Positions 1 to 13,447 of a stretch of 64,000 nucleotides of DNA are shown one piece after another. A program made the translations under genes and the position numbers. The stretch comes from Azolla caroliniana (lineage: Eukaryota; Plantae; Polypodiophyta). The stretch spans positions 6,324,001-6,388,000 of the forward strand of contig JBHGNT010000014.1 in NCBI GenBank assembly GCA_043228905.1, in the 5' to 3' direction. The notes under the pieces are model-generated. The model had not been told where the DNA came from, searched no databases, and saw only the letters and a program-made list of their open reading frames with translations. The stretch's first letter is position 1. Every line of letters begins with the position of its first letter.

Positions 1-1042
1 AAGATAGGAAAATAACAGCATTTCTCTATTAACAACAGTTTGTCATGGTCTTTCCTTGCTGGATTTCGGCCATGCCTTGACTCCCCCAACTCGTGGAGGG
101 TTTGGAACTGTTGTCAACATTTCAATTATGCCTCTAGTTCTACCCCTATTGGCCGCTACCATTGTGTACCAATCCACTGCATCCACCACGACCACAGGGC
201 CTCTCTACCTCCATGTACAACATCTTGGTGTCGGTGTGTGTGCTCGTCGACACACCCATGTGGTTCTCCTTGTTGGCATAAAAGGCCGACTCCTTCCACT
301 TTGTATCCTAGTGTGTGAACACGTCCAAATAGTTAGGGCTTAATATATATAAGCAATAACCTAACGTTGTAACTTGGCTTGATCTTTCTTGTATCGCGAG
401 TCTCAGAGAGAGAGAGAAAAACTGAGAAGAACAAGAATCACCATTAAAGCTTAAATATTTGTCTATCTACTCTTCTTGCTACATATCTATGTATGTTGTT
501 TGTTGTGCATAACCGACAGGTCCTCATACATACTTCCGCACATACTCGAACACCATATCACACAATCAATATGGTCCTCATACATACTTCCCCCAAGCAT
601 CCTTCGACGACTTCACATTTTTTATGTAGCTGGGCATTTGGTCACTCACTCTGGACGCGAAGCAGTACAAGACTCGACTTGCTCCTTGCTCCCAAGCTGG
701 GAAGTCTGTGTGTGACAGTTCCAACGCTACATCATTTGCTCCTTCCACATAACTCCAGTATCTGTGCCCAAGCATGTACTAGTGCATCTTGTAAGACCAA
801 GACGCGTAGTTGTTCCTATCGAGCTTTTTTGTCGGAAGTGAGCTGCCCATGCCTTTGTCCATGTTCTTGTTGTTCATAAGGTAACTCTTCGTCTCTGTGT
901 TGACTTTCGCTCGCTTTTCTGTCGGTTGTAGATGATTCTCAACCCTCACGCTCCAATACCATGTAAAAGAATACGCGTGCGGAAGCTCTAGCCCTCGGCT
1001 TCTTCAACTGATCCGACCCAAGTTGAGCTTGCTCGCTCAACA
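1..1042 (-). mobile_element. Degenerate Ty1/Copia 5' end (gag remnant, PBS, internally deleted LTR)
   Basis: ORF 578-775 (GHRYWSYVEGAN...KSSKDAW) resembles the Copia gag at 24710. A PBS-like TGGTATTGGAGC lies on the minus strand at 950-961. An 81-bp TG..CA LTR remnant (962-1042) shares its start and end with the LTR at 31437-31891. Confidence 0.75.
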
Positions 1043-2000
1043 ACATTTACAAATAAGGCAAAGAAGGGGCTTCATGTCTCGTCCACTATTTTATAACTAA
1101 CATTAGATTTTTATGATATTGTCTTGTTGATTTACTTAGCTTGTCTTCCACTAAGTGTGCATATATGGAATCATACAAAATGCTAATAGATGTAATTTAT
1201 TTCTCTTCTTATTCTTTGGAACTTTTTGTAGCATGTTTCATTGAGGGCAATATAGGGTCATCACATGCAATCCCAAAGTGGAAAATGAAAGACAAATCAT
1301 TGAACACACATTCAATGCATTTGTCTTTATAGAGTCTATTTTGATGCAAAACTAATTTATCCAACGTTTTTCTTTAATAAGGAAACATTCTTCTTTAATA
1401 CGGAAACAATGATAAGTATGTGGCCACTTTCATAAGTCTTTCAAAAGTGTAGGCTAGCATTTGTAAATTTCCAAGATTATTGTGGGGCATCAAAGCTCTT
1501 TTCACACTGTAAAGAGCATTTGGCTATATCTTGTGAGCACTTTGAAATGGACGGACTTTCAACATGTTAAAATTTACATTCTAGGAGCAAGTATTATGGT
1601 CCTTCCTTTTCTTTCTTGGTCTCTTTAAAGTAAGTGTACACATTCACAAGCAAACCCCCAAACTCCAGCTAGGACAATTCACATTACTATCCAAATAAAT
1701 AGACACATGGCAACACAAATGGTGAAGCATTTAGGTAGCTCAACAAGTTTGGTTGGGCCTACTTGGGTTCGGAATTTTGTACCCATCCCTTCAAAACTCT
1801 TTCTTCGCTCTCAGCAAGCCCAATAAGAAAGAAAGGCGATCCGGATTTTCGGAAATGCCAAAGTTGTCCTTAGACCAACACATATTTCTTCATTTGTCTG
1901 TGCGGTGTGAAAGGAATCTACCCATTACTCTCATTCTGAATCAATACCATGAATATGATTGGATGGAACCTGCAACCTCTTATCTGCAATCTAAGCAAAG

Positions 2001-2002
<2 letters not shown>

Positions 2003-2038
<36 letters not shown>
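2003..2038. repeat. (GA)n microsatellite in the promoter/5'UTR of the rhodanese gene
   Basis: Perfect GA run ending ~50 bp upstream of the ATG at 2089. Confidence 0.9.
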
Positions 2039-2041
<3 letters not shown>

Positions 2042-2088
2042 CACACAGAGAGAAAGCATAGTTTCGATTTGCAAAGAGACTTGGGGCT

Positions 2089-5000
2089 ATGGCGATTTGT
2101 TATCTCTCATCAATTCATGCTATCACTGTGGCCCCTGCCTCCGCAAGCATCAACACAACTAGATTGTCCACCACCACTGCTGCTTCTGCTGCTACTATAT
2201 CTTCTTCTCTCCGACCTCTGCCGCAGCTACAGAAGGTCTCCCTCAACACACGCCTGGTGTCCTGTGTCAACAGTGAATGGATTCATTGTCTCAGTATCCG
2301 CGCAAGCGTTACAACCGAGAAGGGAAAATCACCAGGTGAATAAACATGTATGACTTAGATGGGCTTGTTGTAAATAGATAGATAATACATGTAGAAAATG
2401 TATGATGTACAGAGACAGATAAGATGTTATCATTATTGTAGGAGGTTAAATATGGCCCATGGGAACCAAAAAGAGCATACGAAGGTGGTCCCAACAGCCA
2501 TAAAACGAGAAAGAGAGAGAGAGCCATGGAGAGAAATAGATATACAGTTAATGTTCACACAATCAATGGGATGGAGCAAGAGGATCAAAGTTGGGTTCTC
2601 TTAAATTTATAACTTTGATGCTGCTTTGTAAACCACCACACAAACAACCAGAGAGATGATGAAAATGGTATATTAAGGTCCACGGGCCCTAACATGGCCC
2701 ATGGAACCAACATTTGTTAAAGCGTTCTTCCCAGTCCATCTGTGTAAGATTTGGAGGGGGGGGCGGGGGATTAAAATGATTACCTTGCGTTGTGGGCCAA
2801 AGCTTGTTTAAAGAGGCAATGGCATCTCCCTCGTATTTCATAAAAAACACTGCAATGTCAAACATAGTGTTCTTCAGATTCCACTCCTTGATGGCACAAT
2901 TGGCAAATTCTTTCTTCTAGACGTATTCACGGATATCTGCCTACCTCAATCTCTAACTGTCCTATTACATTGTGCAGTGCATAGGATAGATGTATGTCCA
3001 TAAAAGACAGCGTGGTGATAAATCCATCATCTGACGTGTGTAAAAAGTCTCTTATAGTCGGCCATCTTCCTACTAAGTGATATTTTGAGGCTGATCCATG
3101 TTATCGTGTTTTCCATGCTAATAATATCAGTTCGGATCACTATTCTTTTCCACTTGGTCATGTTTAGATGCGGACAATTCAAGATATATTGGAACGAGGG
3201 TACTGCATTTATGCTTATGCCATGTCACTTGAACCATTGTTGTGTTTTAATATACCAATAATGAATATCTCCATGTTCAGAAAGTTGTTTTGATATAAGT
3301 GCAACCTTGAGTACCTTCGTTTAAGGAACTCCCAAAGCTGTTGGATACAGGTCACTAATAGGAATAATGCCTTGATGATTATAGGGGCTGCTCCCATTTC
3401 TGTCTGGATTATATCATGGGGCACCAATGCTTTGCTCCTTATCATGTGGGCAATTATCAAGACTAAAGATCTCTCTAAATCTTTCTACTTATTTTCCTTG
3501 TTAAGACTTGGTCCCCATGTTTCTACTTTATAGAGAAGAGTTAGTGTCACAAGTGTTTCAAATAGCCATAGTCTAGTTCATAGCTCTTGGAACTGGAAAT
3601 GTTCATATTGTCTTTCGAGAGCACCAAGGGCTGTATATTCATGTGGAAGTTGGGCACAAGCAGCCTCCTGAAAGGAGAATCCAGGCCCTGTGCATTATAC
3701 TCCTAGGTATGTGTAGGATTGTGCTTATGGTACCTTTTCCTCTCCCAAGAAGAATTCTGGTTCTCATATTGTTACCCATGCTTGAGTGGTGTTAAAAACC
3801 ATCAGTTTAGTTTTATCCATGTTTATTGACAAACCTTTGTCCGTACAAAATATAATGTATTAGATGTCTTTGTAGTCCCTTTGCGAAGTTAGGAATCAAC
3901 ATATAGCAATATTTGTATGGTTATACCTGTTAGGCATGCTTCCGAATCCTCAAATCTCTCTGTGTAATGTGATACCTCATCTATATAGACACTAAAGAGA
4001 GTGGGTGATAGTGGGCATCCTTGTTTTACTACAATTGTGCTAGGCACAGCCTCTGACAAGCCATTGGGTAACCAAACTTTTCATGACACAGATTCATACA
4101 GTCCATAAATTCCCCCTTGCATATCTATAAGGATCAACTAAGTCTAAGTATGTACAAAGCTGAAATACAAATATCTATCCAACTCCCGTCCTTTATTGGC
4201 AATGAGCAAATTACTCTACTGGAAGACCCTTCGTGAAAGGATCTACAGGATTCTCATCTGTATGCACTATGTCAAGGGCAATGCTCTTGCTGTCCTCTAC
4301 ATCATTGATGAAGGGATATTTTACATGTATGTGCTTCGCCTTTGCATGAAAGTCAGGAGTTTTGTGTTGGCATGAAAGCACCCTGACCATCACAGTGAAG
4401 AACACCTAACTCTGTAATGCCAAAATCTTCCACCACACTGGAAATCCATAAAGCCTCCTTGCATGCCTCAGTGACAGCCACATACTCTGCCTTTGTAGTA
4501 GACAATGCAACACACTTTTGTAGCCTGGAGATCGAAGAGACTGCTACTTCTGTGAAGTAAACACATGCCAAATTTTGACTTCTATAGTCTGCATGAACAA
4601 CACTGTCTGCATCTATAAAGCCAACAATAGATACATTCTGCTTTCCAAAGCAGATGCAGAAATCCTTTGTACCTTTGAGATATCTCATAAAACCTTTCAT
4701 TGCTTTCCAATGTTTTTCATTCCAAGTCCCTGGTCCGTGTCCCATACCCCCGAGTTTTGGACATGGATCATAACATGGGTTTGAAGGAGAAACAATGTGT
4801 ATGAAGCTACAGTTTTTCCACATTATCAGAGTCTCTATCAAAAATAATAAAGATGATAATCCCCTTCATGAAGGTAGCTAGCAGCCTTCTTATATAGGCT
4901 CAAACCCAAGGTCCTTGCCTGTTTCACACTTGATAGCTTTTTATAAGTAGTCAAGCGTTGAAACACTCTGATGAAATGGTACGACGCATCAATGTGTTTT

Positions 5001-8000
5001 ATGCGTTCATGAAATATGGCATTCTTATACTAGGAGACAATGTTGATATGGTGCTTTAGGGAGGCACTTCGTGATCATCTGCAGGATTCTATATAATGTT
5101 GACGTTGATCAATGGGATCAGGCCATCAAGTATCTCCCTGATGAAGTGGTGACTCACATCAATGTTTTTTATGCATTCATTAAACATGGCATTCTTAGCC
5201 AGCCATTGCACTCATGACTATTACAACCAAGAACAGGTGTCCTCTTAGGCACATCCAACTCATTTCGTAGGAGTGCCGACCATATCGCTTCCTTGGAAAC
5301 CTCATTATCAGAGCTCTTTTTTCCATGGCTCTGTTGTCAAAGCATAAAGGAGTCTTATATACCACTGTCTATGGGTTTGTTTCAGCTCATAAAGACTTTT
5401 ATTGAGCTTGCATACTGGATTATCTTTATCTAAAATACCAAAACCTTCTGGCTGCTTCATGTACAGCTCTCTATCCAAATCTCCATACAAGAACATTGTC
5501 TTAACGTCCATTTGATAGAGCTCCAAATCAAGTGCAGCTGTGAGAGTTAGTGTATTATTAACAGTCTAGTTATTTTCACCACAAAAGAGAACACATAATG
5601 GAAATCAATGCCCGCTTTTTGTGCCTATCTCTTAGCCACTAACCAGTCTTTGTACTTGTTATTTACCATCAACAATTTTGATTCTCTGTACCCACGTGTC
5701 AGGAATGGACTTCCGACTGTTAGGCAACTCAACCAAATCTCAAGTATCATTTGCATGCAAGGCTTTATGTCTTCTTGCATTGCGAATTCCCTATTGCCTT
5801 TGTGCTCATATTCCAAGCAAGATGTGGTAATCTATGATTTGGCATATTCTTGACTTTTGTAATTTATCTATATATTCTTTGTAGTGTCAAGATGAAAGTA
5901 AGAGGCTTACCTGCTATGTAGAATCAAATTTCTGTCCGTGCCTTCTAACTCTGACCTTATGATCCAATGATCCACATTCTCAGACATAGGGTCTACATCA
6001 GGAGGAACCACAAAATCATCATTTCCATCCTTTACAGCCCTCTTTTCAGTATGTCCTACAGAGCGCTAAGTGTCATCGGGGACATTCAATGGCTGTTCAA
6101 CATCTTTTAGAACAATTAATATAGGATCAAAGTTAATTTTCAGCTCTTTATGGTGCATCCTGGGACCACTTCTCAGCACTTGTGGGTGGACTTACATACT
6201 GAAATTTGATGCATTTACAGTCATCTTGTGAGGTAACATTTTCTGTGAGGAGTTTTTGCCTGGTTAAAAACATCCCAGCTGCATCCAGCTGCATACTACA
6301 TTCTTAAACTGAAGTAACCAAATTATGTAGAATATTTCACCTTCATCCCCATATTTAATGAAAACGACTTTAATGGACTTACCATCAAGATTATATGAGA
6401 AATCTTCTCTGAATTGTGCAAAGACGTTCCAACGAAAGATGCGTACGTAGTCATTTATAGCAGGTTGTCCAGACCAAACATGTTTAGAGATGCCACCTTT
6501 CAATGTTGGCTCAGGAGATTGATTGCAAATATAAAATGTAGCTTTTATAGCCTCTCCCCAAAACTCCCGAGGGAAATAAGGTGTGGACAGCATGCATCTC
6601 ACTTTCTCACACAGTTTTGTTATAATGTTAAGCCACACCATTATAAGAAGCACTATATGGAGCTGTTGGTTTCCTCTTTATACCATGAGAATCACAAAAT
6701 TTCTGAACCTCCACCATTGTCTGTATGCAGATATTTCAATTTTCTACATGTCTGGGTAGTCACACTGCATGAAATTTCTGAAATGCAGCAAAAGGATCAC
6801 TTTTCTCTAGAGCAATCCCCAATAAAAAGAAATTAAGAAGCGTCTTGTCTAAAACATGAATACAATGTTTTCAAATTAATGTGTAGGCATGAATGTCAAA
6901 AACAGGATTACAATATTATCAAACTAATGTGGAGACGTGTGGTTAGAGAGATGGAACATAAGTTACTATTTTCATCGACAAAATAGCCAGGTCTATGAAC
7001 AGATTATAGAACAACCAATAATACTCCAATAAATCAACGATACATCTTCCTATCCATAGACAGAGAAGATGAAAAAACTAAGTGTGTCCGACCTAATACT
7101 ATGTGGCCTAATCCTCAGCTTCCATATACCCGTCTATATGGCCTAATACTATGTGGCCTAATCCTCAGCTTCCATATACCCGTCTATATGTCATGGAATT
7201 GCTGTCCCTGAGATAGTGTCCCATGAGAGAGAAAGTGAGTGATTGAGAGAGAACCTACACATGCATGATAATGCATCTGTTTGAAAGGAGGTCTTTCAAC
7301 TATTTTTTATTTGCATAGTCTTTCCTTGTATGCTGAAGCTTCATGCCCTTTTCTGATCAGCGGAAGAAGATTGGAAAGTGAAACGAGAATACCTTCTGAA
7401 AAATCAAGTTAGTTTCTTTACCTTCCGTGTTGTGTCCCAAACTTTCTATGCTTTATAAGCTATAATAGATCAGATGTCATTGCATGATTTCAGGTCAGAT
7501 CTGTAAGTGCTAAAGAAGCATATAGATTGCAGCAACAAGATAATTATGTCATCCTCGACGTTCGTCCAGAAGCTGACTTCAAAGAAGTACGTTTGTTTTT
7601 TCTGAAATATCTGCTATCTACTAATGAAGATCAGTGTTTAATTGGCTTATTCTAAATTTAGTTGAATCGCCACTCAGAAAATGCTAAATGAATACAGAAA
7701 AGATAGCTGTGACCAGGGATGACAATCTCTTGGAATCATCATCTTCAAGTTCATGACTGCCATATAGGCTCAAGCTGATTGTAAAATGTAGAATGAAATT
7801 GAGTAATATCTGGTCATAAGCCTTCTAGTTTAGACTTAGAAGAGAATTGTTGTGGTTAATGGCCTACCTCCAAGTAATAATTTAGATTGATATAGTGGCA
7901 GTGAAAGATGCATGGCCCTTCTGGTGTTAATTGTCATCGATCACAAAGCTGTAAAAGAGTTGAATGACTCATGTGTTAATACAAAAATGTGCGTGGCTAC

Positions 8001-11000
8001 CATTTTAATGGAAACAATAAGATTGCTCAGTTCTTTTGTTCAATTATAAGAAAAACAAGACATTATGTGCAAGTCATGATGTGCTACATGTTTGAAATGA
8101 TAGATGTAACAATCTGTGATGCATGTTTTCCTACAATATTTTCTGGAGATAGGACAACACAATCCCCAACACTAAGTCTTAAACAAACTTAAAGAAAATA
8201 GTGTCAATCTTAGGAAGTGCATGATCATCAACTTTAATATACATTGTTGAAAAGAACAATGCTATCCTTCAGTAGACCATTCAGCTTATAAATAAACGAA
8301 GAAAACAAATTTATAATTTATGTGTAATAAGGTCAAAGAATGTCCAATCATAAGTCGAAAAAAGATTTAAGGAATCCATTTTAATGTGGTTCCTTCCATA
8401 GTGTGCTTGACCAACAAGAATGATTGTCATGTTTTTACCCCGTTTTCTCTTCATTTGGATCTGTCATATCACTTATCAGCAATATCATTTATTACCATGA
8501 TGTTGAAGTAGTCAAAGCTATATTACCATCTTTTAAGAGGCCAAAATGACTTATAAGATGAAACAAGAGATTACATCTTATTAAGTTATTGCATCTTTGA
8601 GAGAAACAAACAAACAAACAAACAAAAATAAATATAGCTAAACTGAGGGTATTAATGAATCTAGAAATCCAAGAATATAAGATATTGAACTTAGACTTAG
8701 ACAACAGGGTTATGATGGTCTCTCTTGTGTTAAAAAAAATTGGTGTCTTCATCCTTAGAGTGTGTATTTAAAGTCTCTTAATAATAAACATATTCCTCAT
8801 ACTAGTGAACCATACCTTGTCATTGTATAATCATAAATATGACGATTCTCTGACAGATGCAAACCATGAGTAGGCAGGTGGATAGTAAAAAATTGCAATA
8901 TATAACCCTCCATGATCCCCCTTTGGATTCATATCCACTTATAACTTGCATCTTCATCCCTATACACATCACGTGGTCTATCTTGGAGCTCTTCTTTGTA
9001 CAGCACAACCACTCTATCGGAGCCTCTAGTACTTCCTGGCATGCATGGTTGGGGATGACATACTGGCTCTCATTTATATCTGTATATCTGTATAGACTAC
9101 AATTGGTTGCTTTTTACTGCCCCGTACAAGTTACAACCATTGTGTTTCCAAGAAAACATGTGTATGCAATATCCACAAGACATTTGGTTTGTTGGGCTTC
9201 CTTCCGAATCAGTATCCATAGTATGACAGAAGCCTAAGATGCCAAGAGGAGCCGTCATTCAATTTCAAGTAATTCAGATTTCAGAAACTCAAGTTTCAAT
9301 AAGTCATTATTCTGAAATTGTGAATTCAGTAATTCAAATTACAAATGTTATGTGCCCAGAAATTTGAAAACGATGATAAATGCTGAAATATGTCATTGAG
9401 AATTGGTTCTACCTTTTTCTTTGATACACTCTCACAACTAGATTTGTATGCGAGGGGGACAATCCCATGAACCACACCACCATGCACACACATCTGTCCA
9501 TGAACATGTTTTCCTTCTATTGTCAACGAGATCATGTCTATTCCTTCAGCTTAAATTTTTGGTTTTTCTAGCAATAAACATTTTAAGTTTGCATTGCCTT
9601 CAATTCATGGGTTTTCCAAATAAACAACTGTCTGGCCAACTGTTTGCATCTGTGCATCTTGTTGGTTCTCTTCATGTGGTTCTTGTTGAGGTAAGAGTTT
9701 CTCATGTGAGGCTTGGTTAGGATTCATTATGGTGGGTTATTTTCTTCATTCTCACCTACGCAGATTTCCCTCTTATTTTCATGTTTATTTGTTTACTCTG
9801 TCGAGATTTAATGCAGGCATATCCAGCAGGAGCAGTGAATGTGCAAGTTTACAGACTTATAAAGGAGTGGACTGCATGGGATATTGCAAGACGGGCTGCA
9901 TTTGCTTTCTTTGGAATTTTTTCTGGAACAGAAGCAAATCCTGAATTCTTAAATGGTATTCTCTGAAATTTTTCATGCTGAATTTTCTTTTTGGATGAAG
10001 AAAACACAAAAAAATTTAGGGTTCTTATTGTTCCATAATTCATACAACTCTTTTAAACTCAAACACACCTTTTTTTGTTATTTTTCTTGTGGCAGAGGTA
10101 AGTTCTAAGGTTGGAAAAGACAAAAGGATAATAGTGGCATGTGCATCTGGGGGAACAATGAAACCATCAGCAAGTCTGGCAGATGGTCAACAGTCGAGGT
10201 ATTAAGTCTATTCATATTTTACCATTCCGTAATAGAGTGAACTTTACTATTACAAATGATAATTTGGCTAAGATAGTCAATAAAAAAGTTTTCTTCCTTA
10301 GTTTTTATATGTTTTTTGTATATGTTTACACTTACTTCCAACACATGTTAGACTTTGAGGTTTAACTCTGGCAATTTTTTAAATTCTTTCTGTCTCAAAA
10401 AATAGATAAAAGGGCATATAATATGAATATGCCCTGTTCTTTGAGGGTCCCTACAGATATAGTGTCCTGATATTCGTTTTGTTGTAATATTGTCTGTGGG
10501 TTTTCAATCTCACAAATGAGGTTTCACACCAATAATGTGCTACTAAACAAATGTGTGTGTGTGAGAGAATGAATGAAAGAAAGATATATTAATGTCTACT
10601 AGGGGTGGTGCCTAGGAGATAAATAATGATTAGAAATGTGCAAATTCAAGTTATTCATTCTGAAACAAAAATAAAAGCCCTAGGCTTCCTAAAGATCTAT
10701 TGTAATAATCTCAATGCATGAGATGGCTTTACAAGCATAACATGCAATCAATTGATAATGATTCTTGTGATAGTTTACAAGCATGACATTCATAACTAAT
10801 ATGTATGAGAAGAGAAGTGACGGCAGGAGATGGTATTCGATATTGGTCGGTGCGGTGCTGTGACCAAGTTTACAGAGTACATTTAGTTGTCCTCGATGGA
10901 TTAGATATGGAGAAAAATGATCTCTGTGCTCTGGTGGTGGAATGTGCCTTGTATCCCAGTATTCAGGTTTCCATTTTCATCAGCATTCTGCTCATTCTAT

Positions 11001-12352
11001 TGTGTGACACATTGGCACGCTGTCATTGGAACTGTGGGGGAAATCAATGATGTGTGATTGTTGCGGCATCCCATGTGGTAATATAAGGGTTGATTCCTGG
11101 TACTCACTGTCTCCATTGTCATTGATATTGTGCTCGCTCTATGGGGACTCATTGGCATGTTGTCTGTGGAGGTGTAGGAAAAGTCAATTATGTGTGATTG
11201 CTGTTACATCCTATGTTATAATATAAGGTTTGATTGCCAATGTTTTTGAAGCTTGAGCAAGCTCTGGCGAAAGTGTCGTGGGTCAGCCTTCACCATCATC
11301 TCTGATGTGCTATGGTGGTGAAGTTGGCAAAGATGGTGGCATACTTATCTTTGATGTGCTTGTAAGTTGGGCACCTGCACATGAAGGATTCCAAGTATTT
11401 TGGCTCTAGATATGTGAAGTACTCAACCTGTTTTGATCTCTGGCTGGTGAGAAGAAAATCGTTGGCCTATTGCTTTATGAGCACAATGAGGCATGTAGAT
11501 ACCCATTTACCTTAGACTTCATATGCATTCATCTAGTGAGAAGTCATGAAATAACGTTTCTAGTAGGCTATCTTTGTGGGGAGAAGCTCTCTTGATGTGA
11601 TCCAAAGTCTTTTGGGTATAGAGTTGACATAGATGTTCCATTCATCGTTTTCGAGAGGTGGCTATCTTTGTAGTAAGAAATTCCTTTGGTGTGATTGAAG
11701 TCTTTTTGGTATAGAGTTTCCATAGGCCATGCCATGATACCTTGTTGCACTCATCATTTTGGAGAGATCTAGGTATCAGAAAGATTGCGATTATTGAGAG
11801 AATTCAGACGGATGTCGCTTAGTTGATAAGGTTGTTTGGTGGGCACCAAAGATTACACATCTTATAATTATATTCAAACTCAGATATGAGCTACACCTAA
11901 ATGCAGGAACATCCACCATGTTGTGGCTAATGCAAAAACTGAGGTATATGTGAAAGGAACCATGACAGTAGAAGCTTCTTATAGATTACTTGTCCTGTGG
12001 CATGTGTAGAAAGCACTCACTCAAAGCTAAGGTCGTTCAAAGGAAACACCAAATTCGGTTCCGAGGAATGCCAGACTCCCCCACCCCATGTTAATGGTTT
12101 ATGTGCCCCCCATGACATAAGTCATTCATGGTAAACGGCTTTGGAATTGCAAAAAGAATGATGCAGATGACCCTCAATCTAAATATTTATGATTTTTAGA
12201 GAGAGAGATATAGAGATGTTTTATATTGCAGATCCTTGATTGCTGCTTATTTGCTAAAGCTGGACGGCTATAAAATTGTGTTGCATATGGAAGGTGGTAT
12301 TCGAAACTGGTTCAAAGAAGATCTTCCAGTAGAAAGCTCTTTGGATGAGTAG
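2089..12352 (+). CDS. STR14: Chloroplast rhodanese-like domain protein (sulfurtransferase 14-like), 6 exons, 249 aa
   Basis: Exons 2089-2335, 7361-7407, 7494-7586, 9817-9955, 10096-10198 and 12232-12352 are all GT-AG and frame-consistent (750 nt). The protein has a Ser/Thr/Ala-rich transit peptide, then VILDVRPEADF, IKEWTAWDIARRAAFAFFGIF, IIVACASGGTMKPS, GQQSRSLIAAY and MEGGIRNWFKEDLP. Confidence 0.92.
2950..4140 (-). mobile_element. Degenerate LINE reverse-transcriptase remnant in intron 1
   Basis: The minus strand near 4000-4030 reads VKQGCPLSPTL, the same motif as the LINE at 62804-63298. The surrounding frames are broken and the boundaries are approximate. Confidence 0.6.
4200..6840 (-). 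mobile_element. Degenerate Ty1/Copia pol (integrase-RT-RNase H) in intron 1
   Basis: Fragments FWGEAIKATFYICN (IN), ELYQMDVKTMFLYGDL...LNKSLYELKQ (RT), LQKCVALSTTKAEYVA and KAKHIHVKY (RH). Confidence 0.85.
7092..7190. repeat. Perfect tandem duplication, 50-bp period
   Basis: cctaatactatgtggcctaatcctcagcttccatatacccgtctatatg occurs at 7092-7140 and 7142-7190. Confidence 0.95.
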
Positions 12353-12906
12353 CAAAATATTTGTAATATACAGTGCAGAGACATGTTACCTCACGTCTAT
12401 ACTTATCAAGTATTCTGGAAGAAATTCACAAGAAAGACACCAGGAATGATTGCTTGGTTGCACAAGATGAATAGCCTGGTAATAGCATCACTTGAAGCTT
12501 TGCAAAGATTTCTGTTGAAATTTCTCTCACAACCAATGCAATGGAAGGATGCTGATTCCAAGGTTCATAAATGTAATATAAAATGCAGGGATCTATAGTG
12601 AATTGTATTGGTTGGACTTGTATAGTGAACTTCTTTTATGGTCATGCTATTATATTTCTTTAAGTTTGTATAGTTTTTGTTGCCTTATAAATCGAATTTG
12701 ACATGTGGCAAAAACTATGACGGCCAACGGCAAGAGGAGAAAGAAACAGCATGAAATAGAACTTAAGTGGAAAACGAGATCCAAAGACTACTTATATAAT
12801 GGAGAGATTCATATCTTTAAACCTTTGATTTTATCATGCAGAACATGTTCTTTATAAACTACATAAATCAGACCTTTCGATTATTCAAGAGTAGGTGGCT
12901 TAAGAA

Positions 12907-13101
12907 AATTCATGGAAGGATTATAAATGGTAAAAAGATTGGATTTTTGAAAAGACAACATTGAAAGCACAGTTCCAAGACAATGTCGTGAGGTTTAGTA
13001 TTAATTCATGGAAGGGTTATAAATGGTAAAATGATTGAATTTTAGAAAAGACAACATTGAAAGCACAGTTCCAAAACAATGTCATGAGAAGGTTTAGTAT
13101 T
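12907..13101. repeat. Imperfect tandem duplication (~96-bp unit) between convergent genes
   Basis: The unit aattcatggaagg...aaagacaacattgaaagcacagttcca...gtttagtatt occurs twice. Confidence 0.85.
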
Positions 13102-13447
13102 CATGAAACTATCACAAACCTATTACCCACATAAAAATTGTGATTACATGGAAAGAACCCATTCCCTGAGCTATATCAAGCTTCTAATCAATCTCTAGTA
13201 TTCAGGTAATACAAACAGGAATTTATGTTGCCTTGTAATGCCTAGTGCAAAAAGGTTTTGAAAAATATTTGTTCTCGCGATCAAAGAATCATATCTTTTA
13301 TCTAAAGATTTCTGTGCATGTATGGAATTGGTTTCAAACGAAGGCATCTCTTCATACATGAAATGCATTTCAGAATGTAAAGATGTCTTCACATATCAAT
13401 TTGATTTTGGGAATGTTTTTTAATCTACATATAAATTTCCAATTTTT

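Noticed and set aside
7092-7190. CRISPR-like repeat
   Set aside because: Two adjacent units with no spacers, in a eukaryotic intron.
10800-11800. Possible extra gene or RT remnant in STR14 intron 5, with degenerate ~140-bp and ~95-bp duplications
   Set aside because: No convincing motif or open frame; too decayed to assign.
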